From positions 1-37,742 of the forward strand of contig SBAY01000102.1 in assembly GCA_005239945.1 (NCBI GenBank): a DNA stretch of 37,742 nt. Direction: 5' to 3'. How positions within the stretch are numbered: the first letter of the stretch is position 1; every line of letters starts with the position of its first letter. This DNA comes from Nitrospira sp. (lineage in GTDB: Bacteria > UBA9089 > CG2-30-40-21 > SBAY01). A program made the translations under genes and the position numbers. This document shows, piece after piece, positions 28,800 to 37,667 of the stretch. Below the pieces are notes generated by a model. That model was not told the origin of the DNA. It saw nothing but the letters and a program-made list of their open reading frames with translations, and did no database searches.

Positions 28800-29663
28800 A
28801 TGAAAATAAACTGTCCCCCAAAAGTAAGCATTATTGTCCCCGCCTACAATGAGGAAAAAGGTATTGGTGCTTTAATTGACGAGATTAAAGAGAGGATGAA
28901 GGGCTATGAGTATGAGATGCTCGTTGTTGATGATGGCTCCGGCGATAATACGGCTAAAGTTGTCCGGGAAAAGGAAGTAGCCTTAATTCAACATCCTAAA
29001 AATAGAGGTTATGGAGCGGCGCTAAAATCAGGCATCAGAAAGGCTAAATATGAGACCATCGTCATTACCGATGCCGATGGTACCTATCCTGTTTCAGAAC
29101 TGCCCGTACTAATTAAATATATTGGCGAATACGATATGGTGGTCGGGGCACGAAGTAGTCAGAATATACCATGCTTAAGAAGACCAGCAAAATTCCTTTT
29201 GAATCGACTGGCAAATTATTTAACCGATGTGGAGATACCTGATTTGAATTCAGGTCTGCGGGTTTTTAAAAAGGATATAGCCGTAAGTTTTTTTAACCTC
29301 TTGCCGGATGGTTTTTCCTGGACTACCACCATTACCCTGGCGATGCTCACCAATGATTACCTGGTAAAATTTATCCCCATTAATTACCAAAAACGACAGG
29401 GCAAATCTAAGATAAGACCCATCCAGGATACCTATAATTTTATCCAGCTCATCATTCGCACGGTGATGTATTTTAATCCCTTGAAGATATTTATTCCCAT
29501 GGGGATTGCCTTGTTCTTAATGGCTATGCTCGTCTTTTGGTATAGTAAGTTTGTTTTAGGTAAGGTGATGGATATAACCGTAGTCGTCATTTTAATGTCT
29601 GCGGTCCAAATAGTCGCCATTGGACTATTGGCAGATTTGGTTGATAAGAGAAGCCAGAGATGA
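28800..29663 (+). CDS. GT2 glycosyltransferase (DPM1/GtrB-like) with C-terminal TMs
   Basis: IVPAYNEE, VVDDGS.D, N.GYG.A, DADG DxD, D.NSG.R. Confidence 0.92.
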   Translation: MKINCPPKVSIIVPAYNEEKGIGALIDEIKERMKGYEYEMLVVDDGSGDNTAKVVREKEVALIQHPKNRGYGAALKSGIRKAKYETIVITDADGTYPVSELPVLIKYIGEYDMVVGARSSQNIPCLRRPAKFLLNRLANYLTDVEIPDLNSGLRVFKKDIAVSFFNLLPDGFSWTTTITLAMLTNDYLVKFIPINYQKRQGKSKIRPIQDTYNFIQLIIRTVMYFNPLKIFIPMGIALFLMAMLVFWYSKFVLGKVMDITVVVILMSAVQIVAIGLLADLVDKRSQR

Positions 29664-31120
29664 AAATATTGTTAATCAATCCACCGGCAGAAAATACATT
29701 AAAAGGGAATAACCCTTCTATCATCGATGAAGAACGCGGGTATAATCCACCCTTAGGATTACTCTACCTAGCCGGTTATCTGGAGAAACATACCTCTCAT
29801 CAAGTAGAGGTGATAGATACACAGGTAGAGGAAATAGGTTATGAGGGGTTAGCGGCTAAAATCAGGCAGATAAAACCCGATGTTGTCGGCATTACTGCCA
29901 TGACATTTACCTTGCTTGATGTGCTTAAAATCGCTAATCTTGCCAAAGATATCTCTTCGGAAATCAAGGTTGTCTTAGGTGGTCCGCATGTGTACATTTA
30001 CCCCTCTGAAACAATTTCTCTGCCGCAGGTGGATTTTTTAGTCTTAGGCGAGGGAGAGGTTACTTTTGTAGAATTGGTGGATAACATCCATTTGGTGGAA
30101 AAATTAAAGGAGATACCCGGGTTAGTCTTTAAATCCGATGGACAGATAATCAATACCGGTCTGCGGAATTTCATTAGCAATTTAGATGAATTACCGTTTC
30201 CAGCAAGACACCTTGTCCCCTACACAAAATACTCCTCCTTGATTGCCAAACGAAAACCTATAACGACAATGATTACCAGTCGTGGTTGTCCTTACAAATG
30301 CACCTTCTGTTCCAGACCACATCTTGGGAAGCGATTCAGGGCTCATTCAGCTAAATATGTCGTTGGTGAGATGGAGGAGTGCACCAAACTTGGCATTAAT
30401 GAGTTTTTGGTCTATGACGATACCTTTTCTGTTGACCGCCAGCGGGTATTGGATATTTGCCATGAAATTTTAGCTAAAAAATTAGATATTGGTTGGGACA
30501 TTCGGACAAGGGTAGATACGATTGATGAAGAAATGCTCAAAAGGTTAAAACAGGCTCATTGTGAAAGAATCCATTATGGTGTCGAGGCTGGAACCGAAAA
30601 AATACTCAAGGTCTTAAGTAAGGGAATTACACTCGATCAGGTAAAGGCGGCCTTCCAAATGACTAAAAAGGCAGGTATCTCTACCTTAGCTTACTTTATG
30701 ATTGGCTCACCGACAGAGACCAAAGAGGATATTTTGCAAACCATCAAATTTGCCAAAGAGCTAAATCCCGATTTTGTCCACATAACCATCACCACCCCAT
30801 TTCCGGCAACGGCTATTTACAAAAGGGGGCTTGAGCAAGGAATTATAAAAAACGATTACTGGCAGCAATTTGCTCAAAATCCCACGCCGGACTTTCAACC
30901 TCATTATTGGCAGGAAAACCTGACCCAAACCGAATTACTTGAATTAATCGATTACACCTATAAAGGCTTTTATACTCGCCCAACTTATATCATAAAAGAG
31001 TTACTTAAGGTCAGGTCATTTGGGGAATTTAAAAGGAAGATGAAGGCAGGATTGAAGGTAGCCGGGAGTAGACCAATAACCACCTCTTCTTTGCATCATG
31101 CCTCAGTTACCGGTTGGTAA
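29660..31120 (+). CDS. B12-binding domain radical SAM protein
   Basis: PPLGLLYLA, GGPH, GEGE, TSRGCPYKCTFC (CxxxCxxC), GVEAG. Confidence 0.93.
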   Translation: MKILLINPPAENTLKGNNPSIIDEERGYNPPLGLLYLAGYLEKHTSHQVEVIDTQVEEIGYEGLAAKIRQIKPDVVGITAMTFTLLDVLKIANLAKDISSEIKVVLGGPHVYIYPSETISLPQVDFLVLGEGEVTFVELVDNIHLVEKLKEIPGLVFKSDGQIINTGLRNFISNLDELPFPARHLVPYTKYSSLIAKRKPITTMITSRGCPYKCTFCSRPHLGKRFRAHSAKYVVGEMEECTKLGINEFLVYDDTFSVDRQRVLDICHEILAKKLDIGWDIRTRVDTIDEEMLKRLKQAHCERIHYGVEAGTEKILKVLSKGITLDQVKAAFQMTKKAGISTLAYFMIGSPTETKEDILQTIKFAKELNPDFVHITITTPFPATAIYKRGLEQGIIKNDYWQQFAQNPTPDFQPHYWQENLTQTELLELIDYTYKGFYTRPTYIIKELLKVRSFGEFKRKMKAGLKVAGSRPITTSSLHHASVTGW

Positions 31121-31259
31121 GCCATCAGTTATCAGATTACGATTACAATTTTGGATTTTGGATTTTCGATTTTGGATTAAAGATATTAAGATTCCTCAAT
31201 CCAAAATCGAAAATCCAAAATCCAAAATTTCATTTGGTATTAACTGATAACTAAGGCAT
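31098..31259. repeat. Nested hairpin: outer CAGTTAT family, inner TTTTGGA/AAAATCC family (31148-31229)
   Basis: ATGCCTCAGTTA...TAACTAAGGCAT enclosing four TTTTGGA-type units and four AAAATCC-type units; loop resembles that of 20445-20513. Confidence 0.88.
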
Positions 31260-31273
31260 TACTTCTTTGTCTC

Positions 31274-32254
31274 CTAAATCCTGATGGATACTAACTCGTT
31301 GTCTTTAATCGGTGAAACGGACAATGTCTTTTTACCCAGTGTGGTTAATCCCCAATATTCAACTGCAACTATAGCCTCTTCCTTTGCCTTTGAATATCTG
31401 GCGGTTATCCGAGCAGTTAAATCTAAATATTCCTGAGTTATCTCTCCCCGGAGAATAGTAATTGGTCCTGGAAAATTCACTACCTTGAAAAGGGTATCAT
31501 CCCCTTGGGCTAATTCGAGCAACTTTTTATTCTCTTCGTCATCCCGGCCCACAATTATTTTGGTCTTTGGCGATAATCGAAAGTGCCGACCGAATTTTAA
31601 GAGTTGAATATCGTTAAGAGAGGTATCGTCTTTGAGGCAGGTCAACAGGTCCTTAAGTTTCCTGGAAAAGATAGGGTCGGTTAATAAACAACCTCCGGCC
31701 GGGGTTTCATAAGTGGTAATTCCGAATTCTTTAGCTAAAGCCATCTGTGGTTTCCGGGAACGGCCTTGAATATTCAATAATTTCTCACGGTTCACCCACC
31801 CTTTTTCTTCGACCATGGTTGCCGGAAGAAGTTTTGCCGATAGTGGTCTTAAAAGAAGTCCTTTTAAGTCAGAGTCCCGCTCGATTATCCAGAAGGCATC
31901 TTTTTTCTGAGACTTTGGACGCTCACCTAACACCTCACCTGTGGCTATAAATTCTGCCCCTACCTCAACCATATAGTCCTTGGCTTTTTTAAGCATAAAT
32001 ATTTTACAATCGATGCAAGGATTCATATTTTTGCCATAGCCGTACTTAGGTGACCTGACTATTTCAAGGTATTCCTCACCCAGATGAACTATTTTTAAAG
32101 GGATATTAAGTTCTTTAGCCCCCTCAAGGGATGGATGAGTAAAAGGGGTAATAAAGGTTATGCCGACAACCTCTATGCCTTGCTCGACTAAAACCTTAAT
32201 CGCTAATGTAGAATCTAACCCACCGGAAAAGAGCACCAATGCCTTTTTATTCAA
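31274..32254 (-). CDS. ThiI/MnmA-like PP-loop tRNA thiolase with DUF814-like C-terminus
   Basis: SGGLDS, NPCIDC, TGEVLGERP.SQ, RPLSAK, PAGGC.LT, GRHFR, VGR...EN; TTG start behind GGAGG. Confidence 0.8.
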   Translation of the reverse strand: MNKKALVLFSGGLDSTLAIKVLVEQGIEVVGITFITPFTHPSLEGAKELNIPLKIVHLGEEYLEIVRSPKYGYGKNMNPCIDCKIFMLKKAKDYMVEVGAEFIATGEVLGERPKSQKKDAFWIIERDSDLKGLLLRPLSAKLLPATMVEEKGWVNREKLLNIQGRSRKPQMALAKEFGITTYETPAGGCLLTDPIFSRKLKDLLTCLKDDTSLNDIQLLKFGRHFRLSPKTKIIVGRDDEENKKLLELAQGDDTLFKVVNFPGPITILRGEITQEYLDLTARITARYSKAKEEAIVAVEYWGLTTLGKKTLSVSPIKDNELVSIRI

Positions 32255-32392
32255 ATTAGATAACCCTCCATTGTTCAATAATTTAGACTTCTGCAAAATT
32301 CATAAGCTGCTGATACTTCAGCAAATTATGTAATCATTTTTCTTGACTTTCCCCCATAATCTAACCCCCACTCCTTTACACACATTTTTTTA

Positions 32393-32512
32393 GCCACAAA
32401 AACACAAAGAGAGAGCTTTGAGCCTGGAGCATAGAGCCTGGAGAAAAAAGAATTTCCCTGCTCCGTGCTCTTTGCTCAATGCTAATTCTTTGTGTCTTAG
32501 TGACTTTGTGGC
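32393..32512. repeat. Nested hairpin: outer CACAAAG family, inner GAGCAT/GAGCCT 7-mer family (32414-32483)
   Basis: GCCACAAAAACACAAAGA [TGAGCCTGGAGCATAGAGCCTGGAG...TGCTCCGTGCTCTTTGCTCAATGCT] TCTTTGTGTCTTAGTGACTTTGTGGC. Confidence 0.88.
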
Positions 32513-32536
32513 ATATCTTCCCTTTTTTAACCTTTT

Positions 32537-32601
32537 ATTGTACAGAATAATGGATAAATTGTCAATAAATAGTTGCATTTTATAAAAAAGTAGATTATAA
32601 T
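32537..32601. promoter_or_regulatory. Divergent sigma70 promoters
   Basis: Minus TTGACA-17-TACAAT; plus TTGCAT-17-TATAAT. Confidence 0.62.
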
Positions 32602-32633
32602 ACTAACATTATAATACTAACTATGGAAAAGAT

Positions 32634-33347
32634 ATGAGAGAGAAATTACTAATTCTACCTGTTTTTAATGAAGAGGCTTATATCCTTGAGGTATTAGAAA
32701 GTCTTCCAGATATTGATATTCTTGTTGTTGATGATGGGTCAACAGATAATACCTTTAACATATTAAAGCATAAGAAGATAGATTTCTTGATTAGACACGA
32801 AACAAATCAAGGATATGGTAAATCACTCATCGATGGATTTGAATGTGCCATCAAAAATAATTACCCTTACTTAGTAACTATCGATTGTGATGCTCAGCAT
32901 GAACCTGAATATATCCCTGCATTTTTTGAAGAGCTAAAAAATTTTGATATAGTTTCTGGAAGTCGATATTTACCCACATCTCCACATTTTGGTGAGGCTC
33001 CAAAAGATAGGGTAGAGATAAATAGACACATTACTCAACTGATATGTAAATATACTAAATATAATATTACTGATTCATTTTGTGGATTTAAAGGTTATAA
33101 AGCAGAGGTACTTAAAAAACTTAATCTTACAGAACACGGTTATGGAATGCCACTTCAACTATGGATACAAGCCGCAAATGCAGGACTTACTGTCAAAGAA
33201 ATTCCTGTGCCTTTGATATATAAATCTAATAATAGAGATTTTAAAGGAAGTTTTGAATCAAAAGAGGCAAGGCTAAAATATTACTTAGATGTAATAAAAA
33301 AGGAGATTTCAAATGTCAAACATCTTAGCCGTAGGGGCACACCCTAA
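32634..33347 (+). CDS. GT2 glycosyltransferase
   Basis: LPVFNEE, VVDDGSTD, N.GYG, DCDAQH, TDSFCGFK. Confidence 0.92.
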   Translation: MREKLLILPVFNEEAYILEVLESLPDIDILVVDDGSTDNTFNILKHKKIDFLIRHETNQGYGKSLIDGFECAIKNNYPYLVTIDCDAQHEPEYIPAFFEELKNFDIVSGSRYLPTSPHFGEAPKDRVEINRHITQLICKYTKYNITDSFCGFKGYKAEVLKKLNLTEHGYGMPLQLWIQAANAGLTVKEIPVPLIYKSNNRDFKGSFESKEARLKYYLDVIKKEISNVKHLSRRGTP

Positions 33348-33996
33348 TGATGTAGAACTGGGAATGGGAGCAACTATAGTTAAATTGGTAAGATCAGGGC
33401 ATCAGGTGAGTATTATTGATTTAACCGATGGAGAACCAACACCTTGCGGCTCAAAAGAAAAGAGAAAAGAAGAAAGCCTTGAAAGTGCAAAAATTCTGGG
33501 CATAACGCAAAGGATTACCCTTGATTTGCCTAATAGATACCTACAGGATACCATTGAGGCAAGGGAAGAATTAGCAGGTTATATTAGAAAGATAAAGCCA
33601 GAGATTATCTTTTGTCAATTTGGAATAGATAAACATCCTGACCATACAGCGGCTTCTAAATTAACCGAGTCAGCAGCCTTTTATAGTAAACTTACTCAGA
33701 CCCAAATTCCAGGACGGCCCTGGGAAGTAGCAAAAATATATTACTTTTATGCTATTCACTGGCGATTAAATATCAATCCATCTTTTATCATTGATGTTAG
33801 TGAGGATTTCCATAAAAAAATGGAGGCTCTTCATGCGTATAAATCCCAGTTTATAGATAACAAAAGGAATTCCTTTGTCTTTGATTATCTAAGAAAACAG
33901 GGTGAATATTTTGGCAGCCTGATAAAAAAAGATTATGGAGAGCCATTTGCAAGCAGAGAAAATATTGGACTTAATGATATTGTGGATTTAATATAA
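33313..33996 (+). CDS. PIG-L/LmbE family deacetylase, BshB1-like
   Basis: AVGAHPNDVELG, DLTDGEP, R..E...A..LG, HPDH, Y.SQF, YGEPF. Confidence 0.85.
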   Translation: MSNILAVGAHPNDVELGMGATIVKLVRSGHQVSIIDLTDGEPTPCGSKEKRKEESLESAKILGITQRITLDLPNRYLQDTIEAREELAGYIRKIKPEIIFCQFGIDKHPDHTAASKLTESAAFYSKLTQTQIPGRPWEVAKIYYFYAIHWRLNINPSFIIDVSEDFHKKMEALHAYKSQFIDNKRNSFVFDYLRKQGEYFGSLIKKDYGEPFASRENIGLNDIVDLI

Positions 33997-34075
33997 GAGA
34001 ATTTAGATGTGCTGGAATTCATAGCCAGGTTTGTACGGTTTTTTGACTCTTTTGATGGTGGAGCAAAAATTCTTG

Positions 34076-34105
34076 TTGACATTCCTTAAACTTTTGTGGT
34101 AAAAT
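34076..34105 (+). promoter_or_regulatory. Sigma70-type promoter
   Basis: TTGACA-18nt-TAAAAT with TG extension. Confidence 0.5.
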
Positions 34106-34114
34106 GTCCCCAGA

Positions 34115-35815
34115 ATGAGCAAAAGTGAAGGTAATAACCCAAAAGCAAATTCCTATCAGTTGAATGAAAATGTACATTTTGACTTAGATGGATTTTTTAA
34201 TGTTAATATCCTACCGCAAGGGATACTACTCACAGTACACCCTCCTAAAGGAAAAGGTAAGAAGGTAAATATTGACGATGTGATAGCTCAAATTAATGCA
34301 TTAGAGATTACTGATATTAATCTTAACTTAGTCAAAATAGAGGTTGAGGAAAGTTCTGGCAAGCCTGTTGTAATTGGTAAACGGGATGTGGAGAAAAAGG
34401 TACCTCCCAAATGTATAGTAAAAATACCAAAAGATGAAATGAATGCCTATCTAACTATTATCTCACCTACTTCAGGTGCTGAATCTGTAAAATTAATGGA
34501 TGTTAAAGAGGAGTTAGCTAAAAAAAGCGTTATATTTGGTATTAATGATAGAATAATTCGTGAGGCAATAGAGAAAAAAGACCTTGATAGAGCTATCTTA
34601 GTTGCCCAGGGGCGAATGCCTGTAAATGGAATTAATGCAAGAATTGAGGGTAAATTTAAGAAAAGGACACAAATTCAATTTAAAGAGGATGAATTTGGCA
34701 AAGTTGACTTCCATGAACTTGGCTTGATTCAGAATGTTACCCCAGGACAGGTATTAGCAGTTAAAACGCCTCCTACTGAAGGCACTCCAGGCAGGACAGT
34801 TACCGGTAAAGAGATAAAGGCTAAGAGAGGATTAGATGTACATATTCCTGCTGGAAAGAATACAGAACTGTCATCGGATGAGCTAATACTGACTTCTAAA
34901 GTTGCTGGACATGTAAATTGGATAGAAGGACGGATAGAGGTAGAACATCTTTACACTGTGACAAAAGATGTTGATTTCAAAACAGGAAATATTGACTATG
35001 TAGGTACAGTAATTATAAGTGGTAGTGTAAAAGGTGGATTTAAGGTCAAGGCAAGTGGTGATATTCAGGTTGGAGGCTCAGTAGAAAGTGCGTACATTGA
35101 GGCAGGTGGAAATGTGCTGATTAAAAATGGTGTAATAGGAAGGGGTGCAGCACGAGTTAAAGCCGGTAAGAATATTATTACTAAATTTGCTGAAAGTTGT
35201 ACATTAGAAGCCAATGAAGATATTATAGTTAGTGGATCAATTTTACATAGCAATATAAGAGCTGCTAAAAGGGTGATAGCTACTGATCGCGAAGGGACTA
35301 TTTTAGGTGGACGGGTATTGGCAGGAAGAGGGGTGTATGCTAAAAAGATTGGTTCCTGGTCAGAGGTTAAAACTTCTATTGAGGTGGGCGTAGCTCCAAA
35401 CATTAGAACTGAGGTTATGTCTTTAGCAGAACAGGTAGATCAAGACAAAGAGCGGCTTAAAAAATTGCAACTTGAAGTAGCTACTTTGCTTAAACAAAAA
35501 ACACGATTAGGACAAGACTTCTCTCCAGAGAGAATGCAACTACTTAGTAGCCATCTTAAAGAACAAGGTCAGTTAGTGACGAGATTACGTGGTGCACCAG
35601 AGAAATTATCAAGCATAAAAAAGCAATTTTTTCAAAAGACATTTGGTAAAATTTGTGCCTCCGAAGTAGTCTATCCTGGAGTAAAGATATGCATCAGTTC
35701 TGCAATACTATTTGTAAAAGAGCCATATAAATATGTTACCTTTATCGCAGAGGAAGGTGAGATAGTAATCAGGTCCTACGAAGATCCAACAAAATTTTCT
35801 AAAGAGGGGATATAA
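34115..35815 (+). CDS. FapA/DUF342 family protein
   Basis: A.G..PVNG, G.VDF.EL, P.EG.PG.TVTG, DVDF.TGNI...G, beta-helix repeats, coiled coil, VYPGV.I. Confidence 0.88.
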   Translation: MSKSEGNNPKANSYQLNENVHFDLDGFFNVNILPQGILLTVHPPKGKGKKVNIDDVIAQINALEITDINLNLVKIEVEESSGKPVVIGKRDVEKKVPPKCIVKIPKDEMNAYLTIISPTSGAESVKLMDVKEELAKKSVIFGINDRIIREAIEKKDLDRAILVAQGRMPVNGINARIEGKFKKRTQIQFKEDEFGKVDFHELGLIQNVTPGQVLAVKTPPTEGTPGRTVTGKEIKAKRGLDVHIPAGKNTELSSDELILTSKVAGHVNWIEGRIEVEHLYTVTKDVDFKTGNIDYVGTVIISGSVKGGFKVKASGDIQVGGSVESAYIEAGGNVLIKNGVIGRGAARVKAGKNIITKFAESCTLEANEDIIVSGSILHSNIRAAKRVIATDREGTILGGRVLAGRGVYAKKIGSWSEVKTSIEVGVAPNIRTEVMSLAEQVDQDKERLKKLQLEVATLLKQKTRLGQDFSPERMQLLSSHLKEQGQLVTRLRGAPEKLSSIKKQFFQKTFGKICASEVVYPGVKICISSAILFVKEPYKYVTFIAEEGEIVIRSYEDPTKFSKEGI

Positions 35816-35817
35816 AG

Positions 35818-36576
35818 ATGCCTTTAATTGGTGAAGTATTAGTTAAGGAAGGGATAATAACCAATGAACAACTTCAACAAGTATTAAATGAACAAACTAA
35901 GACAAGTAAGATGTTAGGTGATACATTGGTAGATTTAGGCTTTACTACTGAAGAGATTGTGATGCATTTCATCACTTCACAGGTGTTATCTCTAATTGAC
36001 GATTATCAAGCGGAAAGTCCAGAGATATTTGCATTAAAGAAAGAAACTCCAGATATAAGTCAGATTGAAACACCGAAGGTAAGGGATGAACGGGTGGTTA
36101 TAGTAACTAAACCCAAAGAGCCAAAGAAAAAAGATTTTAAGCGATTATCTGTTAGTAGATTAAGACTGAGAAAAGCGAAAGAATTATTTGAAGTTGGCAA
36201 GTATTTTAAAGCGGCTTTAAATGCACGATATGCTATGTATCATGCTGCAAGAGCAGCTATTTGCGCTACAGAGGATACACCTTTTAGATCATGGGAAGAG
36301 GCTACAACCATTGGCTTGAGATTTACATATAGAGGATATATAGATGCAGGAGAGATTGAAGGTTGTCTGGTAGCATTACGGACTTTGAAAGAGGAAAAAG
36401 ATCGTGTGATACCTAAGAGTGAAACAAAAATAATAATTGATAAAGCTGAGAATTTTGTAATAAGGGTTGAAGAGACTATTAAAAAATTAGAAGAAGATAA
36501 AAAACCTCAGATTGCACAGATTAAAGGGGGAAAAGCCGATGTTTTAGGGAGAACTGGGAGAACTGAGGAGAACTGA
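35818..36576 (+). CDS. Protein with N-terminal MshEN-like domain and C-terminal HEPN-like domain
   Basis: LIGEVLVKEGIITNEQLQQVLNEQ..MLGDTLVDLG; AKELFE.G.Y..A...A.YAMYHAARAAI ... IDKAENFV. Confidence 0.65.
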   Translation: MPLIGEVLVKEGIITNEQLQQVLNEQTKTSKMLGDTLVDLGFTTEEIVMHFITSQVLSLIDDYQAESPEIFALKKETPDISQIETPKVRDERVVIVTKPKEPKKKDFKRLSVSRLRLRKAKELFEVGKYFKAALNARYAMYHAARAAICATEDTPFRSWEEATTIGLRFTYRGYIDAGEIEGCLVALRTLKEEKDRVIPKSETKIIIDKAENFVIRVEETIKKLEEDKKPQIAQIKGGKADVLGRTGRTEEN

Positions 36577-37071
36577 GGGACACATCCGAATGGCACTAAC
36601 TTAAGGAAAAATTAAATAAAAGACCTCCAGATGTCGATTTTAATTTTAGAGTATGGCTAAGTGCAGATGTTTTAAGATCAAAGACAGAAAAAGGGATTTA
36701 CAAAGAGTTGCATGCGAGAATCATTGCCTTCAATTTGATACATTGGTTAATATTGAAGGCTGCCAAGAAGCATAAAAAGGATTCAGAGAGAATCAGCACC
36801 TCATCAACACTCAGATTAACAGCCACTTATAGTTTAAAAATGAGTACGGCACCTTTTTGAATATTACCATTACTTTATGAAGATTTGCTTGAGAAAGTAG
36901 CCTATTCAAAAGTTCCATATCGACCTGATCGACTTGAACCACGAATGAAGAGGCGTGACCAAAAACATTATCCGATATTGAAAATATCCCGCATAGAATG
37001 AGGGAGAGGACTATCAATGGAATTGCTGCTTAAGTTAGTGCCATTCCCCTCTGACTCCAATTCTTCCTTAA
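36544..37071. repeat. GAGAACTG(A)G 9/10-mer hairpin arms enclosing the IS4 remnant
   Basis: TTAGGGAGAACTGGGAGAACTGAGGAGAACTGAGGG ... CCCTCTGACTCCAATTCTTCCTTAA; right arm degenerate. Confidence 0.55.
36588..37046 (+). mobile_element. Internally deleted IS4-family element (459 bp)
   Basis: Perfect 18-bp TIR GAATGGCACTAACTTAAG; interior encodes a stop-containing transposase C-terminus (ADVLRSKT...KELHARIIAFNLI...RPDRLEPRMKRR). Confidence 0.85.
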
Positions 37072-37667
37072 ACTACAATCCTTTCGTATAACTGAATTGT
37101 ACGATTCACATATTCGTCAAAATTTTCAATTCTTTCAGAAACCTTACGAGCTTCTTGTCCTATTCTCTCCGCCTTATCTGAGTGCTTTATTAGTGTTTCA
37201 AGAGTATCTTTAATCTGATCGATGTTTTTGGGATTTACTACAAGTACACTTTGTCCATCAATTAAATAAGTCTCTTTTCTGTGAAGCACCTCACTCAGAA
37301 TCAGGCACTTACCAGTAGCTATTACTTCTTTTACTAAATTTGAAGAATGGTATTCAATAATAGGAGAGTCTTCTCGTTCAAGTGCTACTATACAAGTGGA
37401 TCTTTTGATTATAGATGGAATTTTCCAGGGAGGAAGAAAGTTTAAAAAGAGTGTTTTATCTTCTAATCCTTTTTCTTTCACTGCTTCCTGGAACTTCTTT
37501 AGTTCTTTTCCATTGGCTACAAATAATAACAAAAAATCCTCTTTTATCTTCTGGCAAACCTCTAAAAGCTCGTATATTCCTTTTGTCTCTGAATGGTAGG
37601 GGAACTTTCCAATATAAGTAATTACTGGAAGGTTTTTTGTATCCTCATCTGTAATACAAACTTGCAA
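37068..37667 (-). CDS. GT4-type glycosyltransferase C-terminal domain; 5' part missing or frameshifted, near window edge
   Basis: YIGK....KG..ELLE, E.IATGK..I.S, LVVNP.N; in-frame stop just upstream beside an A7 run. Confidence 0.65.
   Translation of the reverse strand: MQVCITDEDTKNLPVITYIGKFPYHSETKGIYELLEVCQKIKEDFLLLFVANGKELKKFQEAVKEKGLEDKTLFLNFLPPWKIPSIIKRSTCIVALEREDSPIIEYHSSNLVKEVIATGKCLILSEVLHRKETYLIDGQSVLVVNPKNIDQIKDTLETLIKHSDKAERIGQEARKVSERIENFDEYVNRTIQLYERIVV

Noticed and set aside
32301-32330. Small hairpin CATAA..TGCTGA-TACT-TCAGCA..TTATG upstream of the ThiI-like gene
   Set aside because: Single short stem with no tandem units or second copy; no function assignable
6189-37071. CRISPR array interpretation of the repeats
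   Set aside because: Units are 6-10 nt, tandem without unique spacers and arranged as inverted arms; no cas genes
455-37621. Numerous short ORFs antisense to or overlapping the main genes, and ORFs spanning hairpins (e.g. 8566-8778, 12889-13137, 32390-32578)
   Set aside because: Shadow frames of well-supported genes or translations of repeats
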